Origin: Hydrurus foetidus
Lineage: Eukaryota
Length of the DNA: 64,000 bases
Assembly: GCA_900617105.1 (NCBI GenBank)
Contig: UYFQ01000001.1
Coordinates: forward strand, 4,898,001-4,962,000
Direction of reading: 5' to 3'
Part shown: in pieces, positions 58,708 to 64,000 of the stretch
How the letters are laid out: each line of letters opens with the position of its first letter
Numbering within the stretch: the first letter of the stretch is position 1
Made by a program: the position numbers and the translations under genes
Notes under the pieces: model-generated
The model's input: only the letters and a program-made list of their open reading frames with translations
What the model was told of the DNA's origin: nothing
Database searches by the model: none

Positions 58708-59055
58708 TCAATAGCCTTGCTTGGCTCCCGTGCGGGTCTTAGCGAACAAGCCTGCTCCCTTTGTGCCCTGCTTTGCAAACCGCTCGCGCCGGGCGGTTTT
58801 CGGGTCAACCTTGAGCGGTCGATAAATTTCAAGACGATCCGCAGCGCTTAACACGTGAGCGGACCTTACCCGCTTGCCCCACACACCAAAACGAGTCTTG
58901 CTGATGCCCAAGGCCAAACTGTCTGCAGGCAGACTGGCCTGCCACTGCGCAATCGCCTCTGCTACCGTTGACCCGTGCGCAACGTGCATCGCAAACTCCT
59001 GCACCACTCGCGGTGCTGGGCTACACGCCAATACGATGTGAAGTTGCGCGGCCAA
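58708..59055 (-). CDS. rnfH: RnfH/RatB ubiquitin-like protein
   Basis: GVWGK..L...DRLEIYRPL.VDPK.ARR.R; follows ratA; TTG start inferred. Confidence 0.87.
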   Translation of the reverse strand: MAAQLHIVLACSPAPRVVQEFAMHVAHGSTVAEAIAQWQASLPADSLALGISKTRFGVWGKRVRSAHVLSAADRLEIYRPLKVDPKTARRERFAKQGTKGAGLFAKTRTGAKQGY

Positions 59056-59074
59056 GTGTGCCCTTCCAAGCCGG

Positions 59075-59515
59075 TTAGTCGTATACCTGCGTGGCGCGCT
59101 TAACGAAAGCATCTACGAGGCTGCCTGCTATTTTGTCAAACACCGGCCCTACAAGCGCCGCCAGTGCCGCGTTGTCAAAGTCGTAGTTCAGGCTGAAAGT
59201 AACCCGGCAAGCGCGCTCGCCGCCGTTGCCAATTGGCGTGAAGTCCCAGGTTCCGTCGAGCTTTGAAAACGGCCCGCTGACCAATTGCAGTTTGACCTGA
59301 CTGTCTTGCTGGTGCGCGTTTCGGGTGGTAAAACTTTGCTTGATCCCGGCCATCGACAAGCCAACCTTGGCCGTCATCCCGTCTGGCACGGTATCCAGCA
59401 CGGTGGCTTCGTCGCACCACGGCAAAAATTGCGGGTAACTGGCCACATCGGTCACCAAGGCAAACATTTCAGCTGCGGTGTACCAAATTAAAACGGACTT
59501 GTTAACAGTTTTCAT
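59075..59515 (-). CDS. ratA: RatA/CoQ10-like START-domain protein
   Basis: MFALVTDV..YPQFLPWC, SFTTRN, GPF..L.G.W.F, DAFVKRA; divergent from smpB. Confidence 0.92.
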   Translation of the reverse strand: MKTVNKSVLIWYTAAEMFALVTDVASYPQFLPWCDEATVLDTVPDGMTAKVGLSMAGIKQSFTTRNAHQQDSQVKLQLVSGPFSKLDGTWDFTPIGNGGERACRVTFSLNYDFDNAALAALVGPVFDKIAGSLVDAFVKRATQVYD

Positions 59516-59569
59516 ACAATCTAGGGTTGCGCACGATTGTATTGGTCGATGGCAACCTTACTTAACGCT

Positions 59570-60136
59570 ATGGCCACCAAAGACCCCTCCCAATCGTCAC
59601 GACCGAAAAAACCCGACGCCGTTTCGTCGGGTAAATCAAAAGACAACCGACCAGTCAAAGTATCAGCCAAAGCGGCTGCGGCCGTTACGCGCATTGCCGA
59701 CAACAAAAAGGCAATGTTCAACTACCACATTGAAGAACGCTTTGAAGCCGGCATGGTGCTCGAGGGCTGGGAAGTTAAATCGGTGCGCGAAGGCAAAGTG
59801 CAGCTGACTGATGGCTATGTGGTGATCCGCAATGGTGAAGTGTTCATCATTGGCTGCCAGATTAACCCGCTGGGCACTGCGTCAACACACGTCACACCCG
59901 ACAAGGTTCGCACCAAAAAACTCTTGATGCACAAGGCTGAAATAAAGCGGCTGATGGGCAAGGTTGAGCAAAAAGGCTTCACGCTGGTGCCGCTAAACCT
60001 GCACTGGAAAGCCGGCAAAATCAAGTGTGAAATTGGCTTGGCCAAGGGCAAAGGCGAGCACGACAAGCGCGACACTATTAAAGACCGCGAGGGAAAGCGG
60101 GAAGTTGAACGCGCCATGAAGTCCAGGGCGCGTTGA
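59570..60136 (+). CDS. smpB: SsrA-binding protein
   Basis: IADNKKA.FNY, EAG.VL.GWEVKS.R, RTKKLL.HK.EI, LAKGK..HDKR; start uncertain. Confidence 0.96.
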   Translation: MATKDPSQSSRPKKPDAVSSGKSKDNRPVKVSAKAAAAVTRIADNKKAMFNYHIEERFEAGMVLEGWEVKSVREGKVQLTDGYVVIRNGEVFIIGCQINPLGTASTHVTPDKVRTKKLLMHKAEIKRLMGKVEQKGFTLVPLNLHWKAGKIKCEIGLAKGKGEHDKRDTIKDREGKREVERAMKSRAR

Positions 60137-60291
60137 TGAATTCAAGTTTCGGGCGTTTATGTGCAAAAGAGGGCGTCGTTGGGCGGTGCTCGCAATCCTC
60201 ACGTACAAAATAACGCATTGGTACGTTGCGGTGTGCTCCGCTCCGGCCGCCTAACAACTCATCTCGAAACTTGAATTTCTAAACGCGCCCT
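60125..60291. mobile_element. 167-bp MITE-like palindromic element overlapping the smpB stop
   Basis: 27-bp terminal inverted repeats (60125-60151 / 60265-60291, 24 of 27 matching); no coding capacity. Confidence 0.78.
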
Positions 60292-60315
60292 AAAAAGCAC
60301 AAACAGGTAAGCCAG

Positions 60316-61443
60316 TCAACTCAAGCCCCGCAGCGGGTGCGAGTCTGCAACCCAAGGGCTTGCAAAGTAAGCGTCTGCCATTCCCGGTTTTACGTCTTCA
60401 ATGCTCGCCGGGTTCCACTTTGGCGCGTAATCCTTATCCACCGCCAAAGCGCGAATGCCCTCAACGGTTTCACTGAGTACGCCAGGACGCAAGTGAAAAC
60501 AGTTGTCAATCAGGTCGCGCTCCATGCGCAGGTCGTCGGCCAGGCTCAGACTGCGCGCTTTGCGGATTAACTCCAGCGTAACGTGCAGCATCAGCGGAGA
60601 GCGTTTGCGCAGCGTAGCGGCTGTCTTTTTGGCCCAGGCGTCTTCTTTGGCTTTTTCAAGGCTGTCGACAATGTGTTTGACGCGTAAAAGGCCGAAATGA
60701 GCATCAATTTGAGCATGTTTTAGGCCTGTAGCGCTTATTTTATGGGCGCGAGCAGCTCCTAAATAAGTAGCATTCCAATCGTCGAATTCTGTCTCGCCCA
60801 ACTGGTCCCACATGGCTGGCTGGCTTGCTGCGTCTACACGCACATCGGCCAGGCCGAAAGCCAGCGCTTCATCAGCGCCAATCACATCGCCCGTCAGCGC
60901 CAGATACTCGCCAACGCTGCCCGGGCAACGGCTTAAAAAATACCCGCCGCCTACATCTGGGAACAAGCCAATATTGGTTTCAGGCATGGCCATTTTGGTG
61001 TGCTCGGTCACGATGCGGACTTTGGACCCTTGCGATATGCCCATGCCGCCGCCCATCACCACGCCGTCCATAAACGCAATGTAGGGCTTGGGGTAAGTGT
61101 GAATCAGGTGGTTAAGCGTGTATTCCTCAGTGAAAAAAGCATCAAGGTCAGGGTCATTGGCCAACGCTGCCTGGTGCAAAAATCGGATGTCGCCGCCCGC
61201 ACAAAAGCCGCCGAAAAGCGCTTCAGGTGTGCCCGGCTGGCCGACTTTGTTGCTGCCGCGAATGGCCACCACCGTGATGCTCGGGTCATCGCGCCAAGCG
61301 AGCAATGCAGTCGTCAAGTCACGCACCATGGCAAGGGTTAAGGCGTTAAGCGCCTTGGGCCGATTCAGCGTGATCAAGCCTGCGTTGCCGCGCTGCTCAA
61401 ACAGCACGTCGCCGTTGCTAACTAACTTGTCAAATTTAGCCAT
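60316..61443 (-). CDS. Enoyl-CoA hydratase/isomerase family, 3-hydroxyisobutyryl-CoA hydrolase-like
   Basis: LNRPKALNAL, FCAGGDI, MDGVVMGGGMG, AMPETNIGLFPDVG, EGIRALAVDKD. Confidence 0.92.
   Translation of the reverse strand: MAKFDKLVSNGDVLFEQRGNAGLITLNRPKALNALTLAMVRDLTTALLAWRDDPSITVVAIRGSNKVGQPGTPEALFGGFCAGGDIRFLHQAALANDPDLDAFFTEEYTLNHLIHTYPKPYIAFMDGVVMGGGMGISQGSKVRIVTEHTKMAMPETNIGLFPDVGGGYFLSRCPGSVGEYLALTGDVIGADEALAFGLADVRVDAASQPAMWDQLGETEFDDWNATYLGAARAHKISATGLKHAQIDAHFGLLRVKHIVDSLEKAKEDAWAKKTAATLRKRSPLMLHVTLELIRKARSLSLADDLRMERDLIDNCFHLRPGVLSETVEGIRALAVDKDYAPKWNPASIEDVKPGMADAYFASPWVADSHPLRGLS
60716..60772. repeat. 57-bp dispersed element, copy inside the hydratase-family gene
   Basis: Ungapped match to 63157-63213; translated as ATYLGAARAHKISATGLK. 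Confidence 0.8.
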
Positions 61444-61468
61444 ATTGTTTTCAATTCCATTTTTCTAA

Positions 61469-62383
61469 TCAACTTTTTTTCCATCCCAGCAGCTCATTGG
61501 CCACCAGCGCGGCAACAACAAGCCAGCCACCCCAAAGCACGTTGGGGCCAGGCACTTCGCCCGCGCCTACCCAGGCCAGCAGAATTCCAAACACCACCTC
61601 CAACAAAGACAACAATGACATTTCAGGCGCATTAAGCAGCCGAGCGCAAAGAATCGCCAACACACAAGGAACAGCCAATTGCATCAAACCCAAGGTGCCG
61701 AGTAGCAGCATATCGTGCGGCGTTGCGACCAATGGCAGCGACAGCGGTAGCGCCACGATGGTGGAGATAACCGCACCTATAAACACCGCAGGCATCAGAT
61801 CCACATCGCTGCCGTGGGTATGGCTGTATTGCTGCAACGTCCAGTTGCTGGCAGCGGCAATCGGCACCATCAGAGCCACCAACATGCCGGTAATTTGACC
61901 AGAGAAATCAAGCTGCCCCGCGTAAATCCACACCATGCCAATACTGGCCACCACGATAGCCCACCAGGTACGCGCAGCAATAGCTTGCCCAATGAATGCT
62001 CTGGCCAAAAGCGCTGTAAGTAAAGGCGCCAGCGCCATCACCACCAGCACGTTAGCCACGGTGGTCAGCGTTAGCGCGACCATGTAGGCGGTGAACATAA
62101 ACGCCCAGCAAACGCCTGAGAGCCAAAGCGTTTTACCGCCAGTAAAGAGCAGCGAGAATACCTGTCGTCCACGCAGCATTGGCAAAATAATCAACAGCGA
62201 CACAACCGTAAAAAAGCTGCGCCAAAAAGTCAGCTCAAAGCCTCGGGCCGCCTCTAGATGCCGCGACACCACGCCAGCGGTTGACCACAAAAAGGCGACC
62301 AGCACCATCAGCAGCACGGCGCGGCGGTGCGTTAACCACGCCGCGCCAACTGCAGGCGGCGTGCGAGTGTCAGTGGCCTGCAA
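61469..62383 (-). CDS. DMT/EamA-family transporter
   Basis: About 10 hydrophobic segments, [18 protein letters not shown]; start uncertain (TTG overlapping the apt end). Confidence 0.85.
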   Translation of the reverse strand: MQATDTRTPPAVGAAWLTHRRAVLLMVLVAFLWSTAGVVSRHLEAARGFELTFWRSFFTVVSLLIILPMLRGRQVFSLLFTGGKTLWLSGVCWAFMFTAYMVALTLTTVANVLVVMALAPLLTALLARAFIGQAIAARTWWAIVVASIGMVWIYAGQLDFSGQITGMLVALMVPIAAASNWTLQQYSHTHGSDVDLMPAVFIGAVISTIVALPLSLPLVATPHDMLLLGTLGLMQLAVPCVLAILCARLLNAPEMSLLSLLEVVFGILLAWVGAGEVPGPNVLWGGWLVVAALVANELLGWKKS

Positions 62384-62963
62384 AATCGAGCAAGGTAAAC
62401 AACTGCAGTCCAGCAGCCCTGAGCTTGGCTGAGCCCTGCAGCTCGGGCAAATCAACAATGGCCGCGCCTTCCATCACCGTGGCGCCCAGCCTTTCAAGCA
62501 GCTTTTTACCGGCCATCATGGTGCCGCCGGTGGCGATCAAATCGTCAATCAACAGCACTTTGTCGCCGGGCTTGACTGCATCGGCATGCAGCTCAACAGT
62601 GGCACTGCCGTACTCAAGCTCGTACGTTTCTTGCACGGTTTTAAAAGGCAGCTTGCCCTTTTTGCGGATGGGCACAAAACCCACGTTCAGCTCGTAGGCC
62701 ACCACCGCCCCCAAAATGAAACCGCGCGCATCTAACCCAGCCACCACATCAGGGCGCAGCGCCGGGTCCATGTAGCGATGCACAAAAGCATCGATCAGCA
62801 CCCGAAACACCTTGGGGTTTTGCAACAGCGGCGTGATGTCGCGGAACTGAACACCCGGCTGCGGCCAATCAGGCACGGTGCGAATGTGCTTGCGCAAATA
62901 AGCGCCGTAGTGAAAATCGTCGCGCGCCTCAAAAGGCTCTGTTGGGGTTGCAGGTGTTTGCAT
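62370..62963 (-). CDS. apt: Adenine phosphoribosyltransferase
   Basis: [48 protein letters not shown]. Confidence 0.96.
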   Translation of the reverse strand: MQTPATPTEPFEARDDFHYGAYLRKHIRTVPDWPQPGVQFRDITPLLQNPKVFRVLIDAFVHRYMDPALRPDVVAGLDARGFILGAVVAYELNVGFVPIRKKGKLPFKTVQETYELEYGSATVELHADAVKPGDKVLLIDDLIATGGTMMAGKKLLERLGATVMEGAAIVDLPELQGSAKLRAAGLQLFTLLDFAGH

Positions 62964-63156
62964 GGAAAGCCAGGTCAAAATCGTGTCGGTGTCTATTTTG
63001 CCTTGACCAGCTTGGCGGTATCGCAGCAAGCGCCCAAAATACTCCGCAAAAATTCTTTGAGGGGTGTGAGTCGTGGCGCTAACATCGATAGTTGCGATGG
63101 ATGCAACCACTGCCCAAGTTGGGCTGATTAGGGACTATTTTTGCTATTTTTAGAAG

Positions 63157-63213
63157 TATTTTAGAGCTGTAGACCAGTGAAATCGGGCGCGAGCAGCTTC
63201 TAATTAAATAGCA
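63157..63213. repeat. 57-bp dispersed element, intergenic copy
   Basis: TTTTAG..CTGTAG-N12-GGGCGCGAGCAGCT.CTAA.TAA.TAGCA shared with 60716-60772. Confidence 0.8.
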
Positions 63214-63223
63214 ATAGGCAAGA

Positions 63224-63640
63224 CTACTTCGGCTTGAATTGAACCCCGGTCATCGCCTTTAGCCCGCCATCCTGCGTGTACAAGGTTGCACCAAAAGACT
63301 GTGCGGTTTGCCAGATGAGCGCATCGGCCATCGCCAGTTTGTGGGTAACTGATACTTTGGCTGCGGCGAAGTAATGATCCGGCGCAAGTTGAACCACGCG
63401 GCTTTTTTGCATCATTTCCAACACTTCAAGCGCCGCCTTCTCACCTTGGGTGATCAGCATGCGTTTACCCACCTCATACAAGCACAGCGCGGGGACAATC
63501 AGGTTGCCTGTGTCCAGCAAGGCTGCTTCAAAGAAATCAGCATTTACGCCGCCCGTGACGTATTCCAACCAGCCGCAGGAGTCAACCAGTGCTAACGTGG
63601 CTGCGGGCTTGCGTTTCAATGAACCCGGCGTATTGGCCAC
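63224..63640 (-). CDS. vapC: PIN-domain (VapC-like) toxin
   Basis: LVDSCGWLEY, LYEV, LAMADALI, LYTQD. Confidence 0.88.
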   Translation of the reverse strand: MANTPGSLKRKPAATLALVDSCGWLEYVTGGVNADFFEAALLDTGNLIVPALCLYEVGKRMLITQGEKAALEVLEMMQKSRVVQLAPDHYFAAAKVSVTHKLAMADALIWQTAQSFGATLYTQDGGLKAMTGVQFKPK

Positions 63641-63643
63641 AGC

Positions 63644-63850
63644 TCAAATCCGGTCAGCATCACGTACAACGCAAGTATCCATACCCGGCCAGCGCCCACG
63701 AAGGCTCGCCACTGTCTTCTCAGGAATGAACTCAACCTTGTCACCATTCAATTGCACCTGCATCCGCTGGCCAGAGACCAGATTCAAGGCACGACGAATG
63801 TCTTTGGGTATGACAACTTGAAATTTTGGGGAAAGTGCTACGGTGGACAT
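63644..63850 (-). CDS. AbrB/MazE-family antitoxin
   Basis: LSPKFQVVIPKDIRRALNL..G; directly upstream of the PIN gene. Confidence 0.9.
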   Translation of the reverse strand: MSTVALSPKFQVVIPKDIRRALNLVSGQRMQVQLNGDKVEFIPEKTVASLRGRWPGMDTCVVRDADRI

Positions 63851-64000
63851 AGTTTTACACTTAATTTAGTTTTACGATTGGCAATCGTAGCACAAAAATT
63901 AAATAGCGGGTTGCTTGAAGGCTAGGCGTATCGAAACTGGAGACTAAGTTTTGTAAACAATTCCATGGCGAATGACGCTCAGCGTCACCACCTACGACTC

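Noticed and set aside
58708..59055. RnfH ubiquitin-like protein as substrate of the ICE E1-E2
   Set aside because: Conserved chromosomal smpB-ratA-rnfH arrangement outside the ICE; no linkage evidence
60137..60315. tmRNA (ssrA) or tRNA next to smpB
   Set aside because: Too short and lacks tRNA-like ends; explained by the inverted-repeat element. No RNA genes were recognised in the window

Overview
Betaproteobacterial (Comamonadaceae-like) chromosome carrying a complete ~52.8-kb integrative conjugative element inserted in the 3' end of guaA. Both att sites are visible (TCCCACTCAAT core at 1239-1249 and 54033-54043, each encoding the GuaA C-terminus TIEWE-stop). The backbone is Tn4371-like: radC, DUF932, ParB-like, DUF736, two DUF2958, a DUF2285/FseA-like activator, RdfS-like HTH, repA, parA, traF, oriT, VirD2-like relaxase, traG and trbBCDEJKLFGI. 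It uses a P4-type integrase plus AlpA at the trb end. Two cargo slots hold defence genes. Slot 1 has AbiE plus a WYL(CapW-like)/4TM pair divergent from an operon of MBL hydrolase (C-terminal PHG-TR), E2-E1-JAB fusion and a second MBL. Slot 2 has a type I BREX with a nested ABC-ATPase + PD-(D/E)XK-like pair and a BrxL whose Lon domain appears replaced by a PLD-like domain. Leading-region genes are preceded by long hairpins that look like single-stranded-DNA promoters. Left of the element are a deleted IS3 and the gene it disrupts. Right of it are housekeeping genes (guaA, guaB, rnfH, ratA, smpB, an enoyl-CoA hydratase-family gene, EamA, apt), two PIN toxin-antitoxin pairs and several small repeats, three of them inserted in frame in coding genes. 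All calls come from motif recognition by eye; no database searches were run.
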